From assembly GCA_964036045.1 (NCBI GenBank), contig OZ038378.1:183210001-183274000 (forward strand): a DNA stretch of 64,000 nt, written 5' to 3'. Positions 46,401 through 54,800 of the stretch are shown here, in pieces; within the stretch, counting starts at the first letter, position 1, and each line of letters starts with the position of its first letter. Both the position numbers and the translations under genes were made by a program. The notes under the pieces were generated by a model, which saw nothing but the letters and a program-made list of their open reading frames with translations, had not been told where the DNA came from and did no database searches. The stretch comes from Eutreptiella sp. 'Long Island Sound 2002'. Its lineage: Eukaryota; Protista; Euglenida.

Positions 46401-47743
46401 TACGTGATCCCGTCCAGACCGAGCCACTGCCCGCCAAAGCCCTGCGGCACCGTCACGTGGCCGTCGGCGGTGATGGTGACCTCGACGGGGGCACCGCCGG
46501 GGGCGAACACCCGGAGGTCCCGCGGGGGCCGGTGGCCGTGCGGGAGGGTGACGATGCGCGTCGTGTCCTGCGAGATCAGGGCGCGGCCATAGAGCGACAC
46601 GCGGGACGAAACGTTGGTGGACTGCAGGGGCCAGTCGGGGTCCTGCGCGGCGCTCGACTCGAGCTGGCGGCCGACCCCGACAGCGAAGGCGATGCCGCTG
46701 AGGCTGAGCCACGCCGCGGCCGCGGGGCCGGAGGTCCACCGGACGGCCCCATCGGGCGCGACGGTCACCTCCGCCGGGCCGGTGTCGGCGCGGACGGTGA
46801 ACACGCGGCGCGCCGGCGGGCGGCGGCCGCGCGGGAGGACGGCGACGGGGGTGACGCGGGTCGCGTTGGCCACGGCCCCTGCGAGAGCAACGGTGGGGCC
46901 GTCGGGGCCGTCTGGGCCCCAGAGGGCGGCGCGAGGGTACTCCGGTGCCGGGGCCGTCCAGGGGGGCTCCAGCGGCAGGGGCTCGGCCGCCGCCAGAGGG
47001 AACCGGACGGTGTTCAGGAACACCCAACGCGCCCCTCCCCCGGGGCCCTGCCACGTCAGGCGGCCGTCCGGCTCCACGTCGACGCGGGCTGGGCCCGCGC
47101 TGGTTGCGACGGCGAAGACCAGCCGCCCCTGGGGGCGGTGCGGCGCGGGCAGGACCGCAATGCGGGGGCCGGCGCCCGCGGCGGCCCTCACGGACCCCAT
47201 GAGCGTGACGGTGTGCCCCTCCCGCCGGGAGCTCGGCCGCAACTGGAACCGAGGCTGGACCGGAGTGGCGCTGGGCTCCCACCCTGGCCCCAACGGCAGC
47301 GCCAGCTGCGCGGCACCACCGCCGTCGGTGTCGGTGTGGGTGTCGAGGTACTGCGTGGGGTAGGGCAGGACCTCGACCTTGGCCTGGAAGTAGGGCTCGC
47401 GGGGCCACTGCACCTCCACGGCGGGGGGGCGGGGCTGTGCCTCCGGGTGCTGCTCCACCACCACGGCCTCCCCACTCCAGAATCGGAGGGAGAGATTCCC
47501 GGAGCGCCCGTGCAGGTCGTACCGCCAGTTGCAGGCCCTTTGGTGGCGGCACCTCTCGTGCAGGAGGATGGCGCTCGAAGGGGTGTCGCCGCAGCTGTCG
47601 TCGAGGCTTTTGTTATAGCGGTACGCCGTGTCGCCGCCGAGCATTTGGATCTTGACGCGGCGGTGGTAGAGACCGGCCCACGGGATGCGGATGTAAACGA
47701 CCACTGCGGCGCAGAGCCAGAACAAGTACAACACATAGTTCAT
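16593..47743 (-). CDS. Spliced gene (12 exons, ~2105 aa): putative multi-pass membrane receptor with ectodomain repeats, PAN-like domain, ankyrin repeats and C-terminal R-S-E ADP-ribosyltransferase
   Basis: Exons 47743-46274, 45029-44391, 44125-43781, 42170-41555, 36303-35365, 32817-32562, 31900-31633, 30562-30508, 29230-28526, 19996-19476, 19034-18804, 16865-16593. All introns are GT...AG; cumulative phases (0,0,0,1,1,2,0,1,1,0,0) agree at every junction; total 6318 nt is divisible by 3 with no internal stop. Exon 8 and the exon 2/3 boundaries are the least certain, and extra symmetric exons in the large introns cannot be excluded. Confidence 0.78.
17560..18093 (+). mobile_element. Probable retroelement fragment carrying one arm of the 202-bp inverted repeat
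   Basis: Coding-like remnant ([12 protein letters not shown].., reminiscent of LINE RT 'PK.K..RPI'), continuous with the repeat arm at 17886-18087. Assignment is weak. Confidence 0.35.
18183..18590 (+). repeat. Dispersed ~400-bp repeat, copy of 13223-13650, inside intron 11
   Basis: Colinear, high identity. Confidence 0.9.
18804..19034 (-). CDS. Receptor-ART exon 11: ART catalytic core (STT and E-x-E)
   Basis: 77 codons: [61 protein letters not shown]. Acceptor atccag|GCG; donor GAG|GTACCC. Symmetric, phase 0-0. Confidence 0.93.
19476..19996 (-). CDS. Receptor-ART exon 10: N-terminal half of ART domain (YT..lN.aLR helix and catalytic Arg in VFRG)
   Basis: ORF 19440..19985: [18 protein letters not shown]...FWRPFIYYV...RWVFRGL. 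Acceptor gcatag|GGCTG (phase 1, fits exon 9); donor CAG|GTCTCA. Confidence 0.9.
20120..20240 (+). repeat. (CA)n microsatellite
   Basis: Direct observation. Confidence 0.98.
20506..23040 (-). mobile_element. 5'-truncated non-LTR retrotransposon (zf-RVT plus C-terminal extension) in intron 9
   Basis: ORF 22249..23028 has [21 protein letters not shown] and [11 protein letters not shown]; it frameshifts into ORF 20969..22390. The 3' end reads ..CCTCGTTAATAGTACA with no poly(A). Confidence 0.85.
23060..24290 (-). mobile_element. Second 3'-end copy of the same LINE family
   Basis: 23061-23215 is ~95% identical by eye to 20507-20660, with the same terminus. The 5' limit is approximate. Confidence 0.7.
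24480..25560 (-). mobile_element. Retroelement ORF1/N-terminal-like coding remnant
   Basis: Pro/Ala-rich frameshifted ORFs 24881..25495 ([12 protein letters not shown]..) and 24528..25097 (..[10 protein letters not shown]). No splice sites fitting the host gene; lies among TE fragments. Confidence 0.45.
25385..25530 (+). repeat. Long poly-G/G-run tract
   Basis: More than 25 consecutive G plus further G-runs. Confidence 0.95.
25570..26590. mobile_element. Non-autonomous element with 13-bp subterminal inverted repeats (ACCGAGCTGGTGG), flanked by TTAGGG-like repeats; copy 1
   Basis: ACCGAGCTGGTGG at 25601-25613 and its reverse complement at 26490-26502. The interior is homologous to the reverse complement of 39290-40850. 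No long ORF. Confidence 0.75.
26750..27575 (-). mobile_element. Third LINE 3' end (27184-27575) joined to a putative element 5' region/ORF1 start (26750-27170)
   Basis: TACTATTAACGAGGG at 27185 with diverged downstream similarity to 20507; ORF 26750..27019 [18 protein letters not shown]... Confidence 0.5.
28365..28500 (+). repeat. (GA)n microsatellite just inside the 5' end of intron 9
   Basis: Direct observation. Confidence 0.98.
28526..29230 (-). CDS. Receptor-ART exon 9: linker and degenerate ankyrin repeats
   Basis: ORF 28299..29276: [39 protein letters not shown]. Acceptor atcgcag|TCCGC; donor AACG|GTGCGT followed by a (TC)n tract. Confidence 0.85.
30508..30562 (-). CDS. Receptor-ART exon 8 (inferred 55-nt micro-exon, [18 protein letters not shown])
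   Basis: Inferred to bridge phase 0 (exon 7 donor) to phase 1 (exon 9 acceptor). Bounded by tccag| and |GTACAG, with GC-rich codon-like content. The pyrimidine tract is weak. Confidence 0.5.
31633..31900 (-). CDS. Receptor-ART exon 7: ankyrin repeat plus basic helix
   Basis: [35 protein letters not shown] within ORF 31576..32169. Acceptor gttcag|GTGC (phase 2); donor GAG|GTGTGC (phase 0). Confidence 0.88.
32562..32817 (-). CDS. Receptor-ART exon 6: ankyrin repeats
   Basis: ORF 32558..32833 with [11 protein letters not shown] and GKTPLFYTL. Acceptor tctcag|GCTTC (phase 1); donor CTCAG|GTAAAG (phase 2). Confidence 0.9.
33062..33275. mobile_element. MITE-like element with imperfect terminal inverted repeats
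   Basis: GGGGGGGATA..GGGATAATTTCGTGGGGAAATTTCG versus ..CGAAATTTTCCCCGGCGAAATAATCCCCACACGAAATTATCCCCCCC. Confidence 0.55.
35365..36303 (-). CDS. Receptor-ART exon 5: last TM segments and ankyrin repeats 1-5
   Basis: ORF 34763..36418. Acceptor after a (TCCC)n tract, ccgcag|GGTCC. Ankyrin motifs [54 protein letters not shown]. Donor GCAG|GTGTCG. Confidence 0.92.
36315..36390 (+). repeat. (GGGA)n microsatellite forming the polypyrimidine tract of the exon 5 acceptor
   Basis: Direct observation; (TCCC)n on the coding strand. Confidence 0.95.
37520..37770 (+). repeat. Degenerate (GGCGGTTGG/GGTGGTTGG)n low-complexity repeat
   Basis: Visible short-period G-rich repeat. Confidence 0.85.
37917..38307. 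mobile_element. MITE-like element, ~74-bp inverted arms plus an internal direct copy
   Basis: Arms at 37917-37990 and 38233-38307 (GACATGGAGGTATGGAGGTACCAAGGGGAGTGTCATAGG / reverse complement); third copy at ~38052-38105. Confidence 0.75.
39280..40850. mobile_element. Copy 2 (inverted) of the subterminal-inverted-repeat element, with internal ~165-bp tandem repeats
   Basis: ACCGAGCTGGTGG at 39292-39304 and CCACCAGCTCGAT at 40814-40826, followed by GACCCTAACCCTGACCCTAA. Internal repeat units start near 39548, 39711 and 39878. Confidence 0.75.
41555..42170 (-). CDS. Receptor-ART exon 4: TM segments and loop
   Basis: ORF 41262..42254. Acceptor (tccc)n..ctctcag|CTCTGC. Hydrophobic [18 protein letters not shown] and [20 protein letters not shown]. 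Donor ATAG|GTGCCT, phase 1. Confidence 0.86.
43781..44125 (-). CDS. Receptor-ART exon 3: three to four TM segments
   Basis: ORF 43724..44218, strongly hydrophobic ([30 protein letters not shown]; [17 protein letters not shown]; [15 protein letters not shown]). Acceptor ACAAG|GGA (alternative CAG| at 44116, same phase). Donor CCG|GTCCGC. Confidence 0.8.
44391..45029 (-). CDS. Receptor-ART exon 2: PAN/apple-like Cys domain, linker and first two TM segments
   Basis: ORF 44319..45056. Acceptor GACCAG|GGATCC in phase 0. [20 protein letters not shown] motif, then [18 protein letters not shown] and [18 protein letters not shown]. The donor position (GGT|GTGTCC) was chosen to fit phase and is less certain. 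Confidence 0.82.
45498..45570 (+). mobile_element. tRNA-like SINE head (degenerate A and B boxes) in intron 1
   Basis: GGTCCCGTAGCTCAGCTG (A-box-like) and GGGTCGAATCCC (B-box-like); no clean cloverleaf. Confidence 0.4.
46274..47743 (-). CDS. Receptor-ART exon 1 (490 aa): N-terminal signal/anchor plus 3 tandem beta-rich repeats
   Basis: ORF 46244..47743. ATG is preceded by a pyrimidine tract and CAG|CC. Hydrophobic start [18 protein letters not shown]. Repeats [30 protein letters not shown] / [30 protein letters not shown] / [30 protein letters not shown]. Donor CAG|GTCCTT, phase 0. Confidence 0.88.
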
Positions 47744-47745
47744 GG

Positions 47746-47810
47746 CTGCAGAAACGTGGAGCGGCCAGGCACACTACGCAGGGGAAGAGGAAGGGACACA
47801 CAAAAAAGAC
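47746..47810 (-). promoter_or_regulatory. Polypyrimidine tract plus AG acceptor immediately upstream of the ATG (candidate spliced-leader or 5'UTR splice acceptor)
   Basis: Minus strand reads ..tgtcccttcctcttcccctgcg..gtttctgcAG|ccATG; the AG is 2 nt before the start codon. Confidence 0.5.
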
Positions 47811-50800
47811 CAGTTTCACCAGGAGTCTAGTGGCTTGGTCTGGTGCGTCATCCATGATTGCCCTCCCCCCCTTTGCGAGCGCAGCGCCTTTGTCGGAACA
47901 CGACGAGGTGGAAGATCAACCTAGCAAACAACAAACGGGCATTTGAATCAGCGATAAAGGGGCACCTTACCATTGCAACAAAAAAAATAGACAAGTAGGC
48001 CTGTTCAAAGCAGGGAGTAAAGCGGAGCAAACAGTCGAGCGCAAGTGAGTAAATCTTGGTATATTGGTAAGAAATATCGACACATTATTTCCTCAGTCTA
48101 TCAGAGAGAAGGGTAACATGTTTTTGAAATAATAAAAAAAGGCAACCCCCCCCCCCCGCCCCCGAATCCATCTGGCGCGATGTCGTTGGCCCGAACCATC
48201 ATTGTCTATTCCTGGTACAGGGGCCAAATAGGAGGTTACAAAGGGTCAGGTTTGCTCTCTGCAATTGGCTCCGACCGCGCCTGCCACACCACAGTCTTCA
48301 CTGCCCCACATGCCATGGCGCTCAACTGTGTTCAAACGCTTTGTGCACTGGATGTTCAACGGCTGGGGTCAGAGGCTTGGTTCCTTCCCCCGCCCTCTGC
48401 TCGCTGACTTAGCTGTCGCATGTTCGGTGAGTTGCACGCAAATAAACGCTGGTTGCCCGCCGTGCATGCCACCGTTGGTCTCTACTGGGACAGGGGCGTG
48501 CATAGTGTCAGAGGTCATCTGTGCGGTATCACTTGTTGGCACTGGCCCCCTTCGGCCATATTACCCTCAGACCTGGAAGGGTCCCCAGACTGAAGAGCCA
48601 GCTGGGTTCAGAAGGTGCATTTAAGTCAAAACATAACAACATACAAGGGGAGTGTTGGTGACGCTAGCCCCAAAGGTTCTGGCGTCTGACACCGTGAGCC
48701 ACCCGTACTGCATGACCACTCGTCCATCGATTGCGCAGAGGAGGTGGGAGGTAGGGGAGGGGGACATTCTTTGTACAGGTAACTGTCCCCCCACCCCAGC
48801 AAGGGCTGCAATTATGGGCCCTGCCTTTTAGGGGTTCCAACACAGGGAGAATTCAAAGTGGCAACAAAATGGCTGCCTATTTTCAGTTTTTGGACCCTTT
48901 GGACATTTGGACCCCCTTTCCAGACCCCCCACCCCTATTGGGCTCTTGCGGGGCTTAAACTACCCCCCCGAAACCTTTTTCCCATCTCCTGGGTATTGGC
49001 CACACATGGGTAGGAAACGTGAGTACGATGCAATGCCAGTGGCAGATGTGAGCTGCAGGCCAGTGACTGCAAAACGTGTGGACAGGCGCAGAGCCATTAG
49101 ACATCTCCCACGTGTCCACTAGGATCTGCTGGGATCGATTGTGGAGCGACTGAAACAACACCACGAAGAGAAATTTATGTACACTCGATGACGCTGTGTT
49201 TTTTCTCTTCTCGCAATGACGGGCAAGGGGTGCAAGCAGAGATGAAAACGGCGCATTAAGGAGAGCTCCAAACGCACAAAACGAAAATCCTGTCCTCCAT
49301 CCCCCCCCCCCCCCCGATCACCCTCAAATGGTAAAGCACTAGCTTAAGTGGGTTTTCGGCTGAGAGGCCTTTCGAGCCCGGCATACGCAGATGCTTGGCG
49401 GTCGATTGCCCTGGACACGTCTGCACACGGTCTAACCGAGGCCTCCTGGGCCGTCCACTGTATTCGCTGCACAACACTCAGGGATGTCGCATCCCTCTTG
49501 CAAATGGCACTGCACGCCTTCGACGGGGCAACATATGAGTGTCGTACACCACCCCCGATCCCTCCGGAGCCTCTTCTACCGTCCCCCAGTGCGGGCACCC
49601 AAAGAGCAACAGACAAGCAATAGCATGCCAGTTTCGGCGCAAGAAAGGGGTATGGGGCCTGCCATGCATCCAACAGACGCAATGCTGTACCTCGCCCCAC
49701 CCCCTTTTGGTGCGCGCATGGCCCAGGTCAGGGAGAAGAGCGGGATCCCATGCTCACACAAGGCCGTGCTTACGCGCAGCAAGCAGGTGGTCGGCCATAG
49801 ATCCCCAGCTGAATGTGCAGGGTGGGGCTGGCTGGTGGTCGGGTTGGTCGAGTGGTCGGGCTTGGCGTTGGAAATTCGCCGTTGGGGCGTCGGCGGCAAG
49901 AGCCCGCCCCGCGGACAGCCCCACCGTCACAAAACCGGGGCTCGATTGGCATAGTGACAATGGCATTGTTGAGCTCAGCGTGACGCGGGGGCGGCGGCAG
50001 AACAGTCATCGCCTCCTGTGGCCCAAACGAAATATGAAGGCGCCTTTGGTGCCGTGTTTCATAGTGCCTGAGTCATGTCCCGGCAATGGCGCGCCCGGCC
50101 CAGACCCTCCCACGCAAGTTTGGGGGACTCTACCCCCCCCCCCCCACACACCGCCGCCGTTGTCAGGCCACATTCGCATCTGCTGTGAAGCAAACCACAG
50201 TCATGACTCGCCCCCCTCAATCCGCCACGAAGACGAAGCTTGAACCCGCCAACGGATATGGCGTAGTGGACGCCAGGGTAACGGGAGCGAAGGGGAATCG
50301 TGGCGCATTGATGGAGGCTGGGCGCGAGGAGACGCCGAGCTGGTGGTTGGAGGCTTACGTCCTACGACGGAGGATCACCAGCCGACAAGCGAGAGCGCAA
50401 CGAGGCGTGTTCCCAACCACTGGTCCACACCTCCAGTTCAAACCCTCGACCTTGGGATCTTTGGGAGAGCTCGGAGGCTGTGGCTTTGCTTGCAGCTTCA
50501 CCCCGGCGCCGGTCCAAACACTACTGCGAACCGTGCAGATCAAACTTTGGACCATGAGTACGAAGATCATATGCTCTAAATTCTCATCGGACCGAAATCC
50601 ACATGTCCCGCGCCGTGGTATCCTGCGTGGAGCTGGGAGGCGGCGGTGGGGCCACGAGTCCAGCAGACGAGCGGCCGTCGATGGGCCGTAGCAAAGCTCA
50701 GCAGTTCCGCTGCCTTTGAAGCCATCCCCTGCCCTCACCTCCTCCGGGGGCGTCCGCCAGCCACACGGCCGTCTGCGTACCCTCCCAAGGTCCGGAACAA

Positions 50801-51071
50801 CCATTTCCCTGACCCCCACATTCTTTCTGCGGGGCTGCAGGGCCTTGTTTCCTTGGGAACTCCCCCGCGCGTGCGTAGTGTACGTCGTTCCGATTCTGTG
50901 CAGATCTCGAATGCGCATTTGGGTGACAGCTCGTGCCACAGCCTGGGACACTCGGTTGCAGCCAAAGACTATGGCACGTGGTGCATCGCCTTTGGCAAGG
51001 GGGCAAACAATCACCATCAAAGGTTGCCATACCCCTGTGCCCAGGGTGCTCAGTCCAACTTGACATTTTCG

Positions 51072-51272
51072 GGAGCCGATACCTGCGCTGCCGTACGCGG
51101 AAATGAGTTTGATGAGGTCCTTCTCCGTCGCGCCCCCCGGCGCGCGATGCGGTGCGCGCGCGGCGGGCGAGCGGCTCACCGTCCGCCAGGGCACCACGTG
51201 CAGCGCGTTCGAGTTGCGGTCGTTCTTGACCCGGAGGCGCACGGCCGCCAGCGCCGGGCCCGGCACCTCCAG
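51072..51272 (-). pseudogene. Orphan duplicate of the 3' part of receptor-ART exon 5 including its splice donor
   Basis: About 91% identical (17 differences in 190 nt by eye) to 35365-35554. Homology continues ~11 nt into the intron (gtatcggctcc vs gtgtcggctcc). No in-frame 5' continuation. Confidence 0.88.
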
Positions 51273-51403
51273 AACGTCTCACCTGAGCTCAGGTCAGCCC
51301 ACCTCATCTTGGCTCCTCTCGGCTCGCCTCGCCTAATTGCCCCAGCACCGCACCACCCCATGCCCCATTCCACCGGTGAAAGCTGACAGTCCTCAGGCAA
51401 AGC

Positions 51404-51856
51404 CTACGGCAGGCCGAGTGGCAGTTCAAAGCAGAAGTACTCTGGGTTCTGCCGCATGATCCATGGGACCGCCTGCCGCCAGATGCGCTGGGACTCGGGG
51501 CTGAGGCCGAACACTGACACTGTCCGCCACGGGCTGCCCAAAAGCCCGCGGACCGCCTGCCGATCCAGAGCCCCTGCCGCTTGTGCTATGGCAAGGGGCT
51601 GCACAGAGAGGCACGACTGGCGGCCCCCGCCTTCGATAGTGCCGCCCTCTTTGTAGAGCCGGTCCAGGGGCTCGCTCATGGACGACATGTGCATCGCACT
51701 CCCGATGGGCATGTGCAGGACCTCCGCCGACGTTCTGTATGGTTGAATGTTGCACCCGACAACGCCAGGGTACACCCGCGGGCTCGCGCCCTCCCTTAGC
51801 ACGCGGCGCAGGGTCGTCGCAACAGGTCCAGCACCCCACACTGCCTGCGCCAACTC
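51404..51856 (-). CDS. GT17 terminal exon
   Basis: Within ORF 51404..51955. Acceptor ttgcag|GAG; GSAMHMSSMSEPLDRLYK and AVPWIMRQNPEYFCFELP; TAG stop. Confidence 0.8.
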   Translation of the reverse strand, partial: ELAQAVWGAGPVATTLRRVLREGASPRVYPGVVGCNIQPYRTSAEVLHMPIGSAMHMSSMSEPLDRLYKEGGTIEGGGRQSCLSVQPLAIAQAAGALDRQAVRGLLGSPWRTVSVFGLSPESQRIWRQAVPWIMRQNPEYFCFELPLGLP

Positions 51857-54800
51857 CTGCAACAGAAGAACGCCCCACAGCAGGACGCAACACAGCCCCG
51901 CACACCATACAGCACAGAACAACAGAGTACAGTAGAAGACAGCGGGTCGCAGCACAATTCAACATCATGTAGCTGCATGCTTGCACAGCACAGCACAGCA
52001 CAGCACAGCACAGCACAGCACAGCACAGCACCACACCACACCACACCACAGCACAGCACAGCACAGCACACCACAGCACAGCACCACAGCACAGCACAGC
52101 ACCACAGTATGGAGCGCCTATGGGGGACAGCCCCCAACGGCGCGGGCCCACTGGCTGAGGTACAGGGAGTCCTGCCCAGGCGGGTGTCACAGCCTATGGA
52201 GCGCCTGTGGGGGATGGCAGCCCCTAATGGCGCGGGCCCACCAGCTGGGGGGGCGGGGACCACCGTTTCGGCAGGACTCCCCGTCCCCCAGCTTGTGGGC
52301 CTGCGCTGTTGGGGGTTGCCATCCCCCACAGGCCCTCCATAGGCTGTGACCGCCGCTTGGGCAGCATTCCCCGTCCCCCCAGCCTCTGGGCCCGCGCCGT
52401 TGGGGGCTGCCATCCATGCATCCGTGCATTGCAGGAGTTTCCCCGCCCACTGCCCCTAGGCAGTGTGGCGGTGCATTGCAAAAGTTCCACTACCCACTGC
52501 CCCCAGGCAGTGTGGCGGTGCAATATAGGAGTTCCACTGCCCACTGCCCACAGGCAGTGTGGCGGTACATTGCAAGAGCTCCACTGCCCACTGCCCTAAG
52601 GCAGTGTGGCGGTGCGTTGCAGAAGTTCCACTGCCCACTGCCCCCAGGCAGTGTGGTGGTGCGTTGCAAGAGTTCCACTGCCCACTGCCCCCATGCAGTG
52701 TGGCGGTGCGTTGCAGGTTTTCCACTGCCCGCTGCCCCCAGGTAGTGTGGCAGTGCATTGCAAGAATTTTACTGCCCACTACCCACAGGCAGTGTGGCAG
52801 TGCGTTGACCCCTTGGTCAATGGCCCGCCCCAGGTTCTACCTCCCAGTCTCCGAGATCGGCTACCCTACGGGTGAGGATTTGGCCGCTTTTCGGCTAGCC
52901 ACTTGTAAAATCATCATTTTGTGCATATTCCATTTTTTTGGCCCCTCACCCCTCACCCCCCGCTTCCGATGAAACCCTTGCAGGAGTTTCACCGCCCACT
53001 GCCTCGAGGCAGTGTGGCGGTGCACTGCGGGAATTCCACGGCCCACTGCCCCCAAGCAGTGTGGCGGTGCATTGTAGGAGTTCCACCGCCCAATGCCCAC
53101 ATGCAGTGTGGCAGTGCATTACGGGAGTTCCATTGCCCACAGCCCACAGGTAGTGTGGCAATGACTTGCAGGAGTTCCACTGCCCGCTGCCCCCGGCAGG
53201 GAGGCAGTAAATTTCAGAAGTTTCACTGCCCCTGCCCCCAGGTAGTGTGGCGATGCATTGCAAGATTTCCACCGCCCACTGCCCCTAGGCAGTGTGGCAG
53301 TGCGTTGCGGAAGCCTCACTGCCCACTACCCGCAAGCGGAGTGGCGGTGCATTGCAGGAGTTCCACCGCCCACTGCCCCCAGGCAAGTGTGGTGGTGCAT
53401 TGCAAGAGTTCCACTGCCCGATGTCCCCATGCAGCGTGGTAGCGAATTGCAGGAATTCCACCGCCTATTGCCCACGGGCAGTGAGCCGAAAAACTGCAGG
53501 AGTTCCGATGCCCCCTGCCCACAGGCTGTGTGGCGGTGCATTGCAGGATTTCTACTGACCACTGCTCACATAGGCAATGAGGCAGACAACTACAAGAATA
53601 CCCCCGCCCACTGCCCTCAAGCAGTGTGGCGGTGCATTGCAGGATTTCCACTGCCCACTGCCCACAAGCATTGTGGCGGTGCGTGCTACAAGTTCCACTG
53701 CCCGCTACCCGCAGGCAGCATGGCAGTGCATTGCAAGATTTCCACTGCCCACTGCCCCCGGGCAACGTGGCGGTGAATTGCAAGAATTCCATCGCCTACT
53801 GCCCACAGGCAGTGAGGCGGAAAACTGCAGGAGTTCCACTGCCCCTTGCCCTCAGGCAGTGTGGCGGTGCATTGCACGATTTCCACTTACCATTGCCCAC
53901 AGGCCGTGACGCAGAAAACTGCACGAATTCCACCGCCCAGTGCCCATACGCAGTGTAGCGGTGCAAAACAAGAGTTCCAGTGCCCACCCCAGGCAGTGGG
54001 GCGGTGCAAAATAGGAGTTCCACTGCCCACTGCCCTGACGTAGTGTGGCGGTGCATTGCACTTTTTCCACTGCGTTTTTTGAATTTTTTTTTGGAATTTA
54101 TTGGAATTTTTTGGTTTTTGGAATTTTTTCCACTGCGCTGCCCCCAGGCGGTGGGGCGGCACAATGCAAGATTTCCACTGCCCACTGCCCACATGCAGTA
54201 TGGCGGTGCATTGCAGTTTTTCCACTACCCACTGCCCACAGGCAGTGTGGCGGTGCATTGCAGGAGTTCCACTGCCCACTGCCCCTGGGCGCTGAGGCAG
54301 TGTGTTGCTGGTTGGCGCAGTATAGCGCACACAGTGCACTGCAGCATGGCACAAACAGTGCAGTGCAGTGCAGTGCACAGCACCAAGCAGTGCAGCACAG
54401 CACACACAGTGCAGTGAGCCCAATAGACCCTGTGTGACCGTGCACGGGCGTCGGCAGAGCAGCACCGGGCCAGTGCAACTGTGCACTGGTCCCAACTGTA
54501 CAACAACACACTTAGCAACAACACACTTAGCACTTGTCACTAGCACACAGCGCACACTTAGACACACAGCCCTCCCGTTTACCTGTACCCGTGGGTAGAG
54601 ATCCCGGCCATTGCCTTCTGGTAACAGCGCCTTTGGCACAGCACAGCACAGCACAGCACAGCACAGCACAGCACCACAGCAGCACAGCACAGCACAGCAC
54701 AGCACCACAGCACCACAGCACAGCACAGCAAGCGGAACCCATGGTGATGTGGGCTAGGGTGTGGGGCCCCCTTCTACAGGGCCTTGGTGTCTAGGGGGCA

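Noticed and set aside
46274-47743. Recent horizontal transfer of exon 1 judged by base composition
   Set aside because: All exons of both genes are similarly GC-rich, so composition is uninformative; only phylogeny can test this.
46325-47830. 501-aa plus-strand ORF and 386-aa alternative-frame ORF overlapping exon 1
   Set aside because: GC-rich shadow ORFs of the real minus-strand exon; low-complexity Gly/Arg/Ala translation with no motifs.
50355-51266. 303-aa ORF as a separate gene
   Set aside because: It consists of the duplicated exon fragment reading through its donor site into unrelated sequence; no recognisable domain or start context.
52425-54303. Possible CRISPR array
   Set aside because: Units are contiguous with no unique spacers; no cas genes; eukaryotic context.
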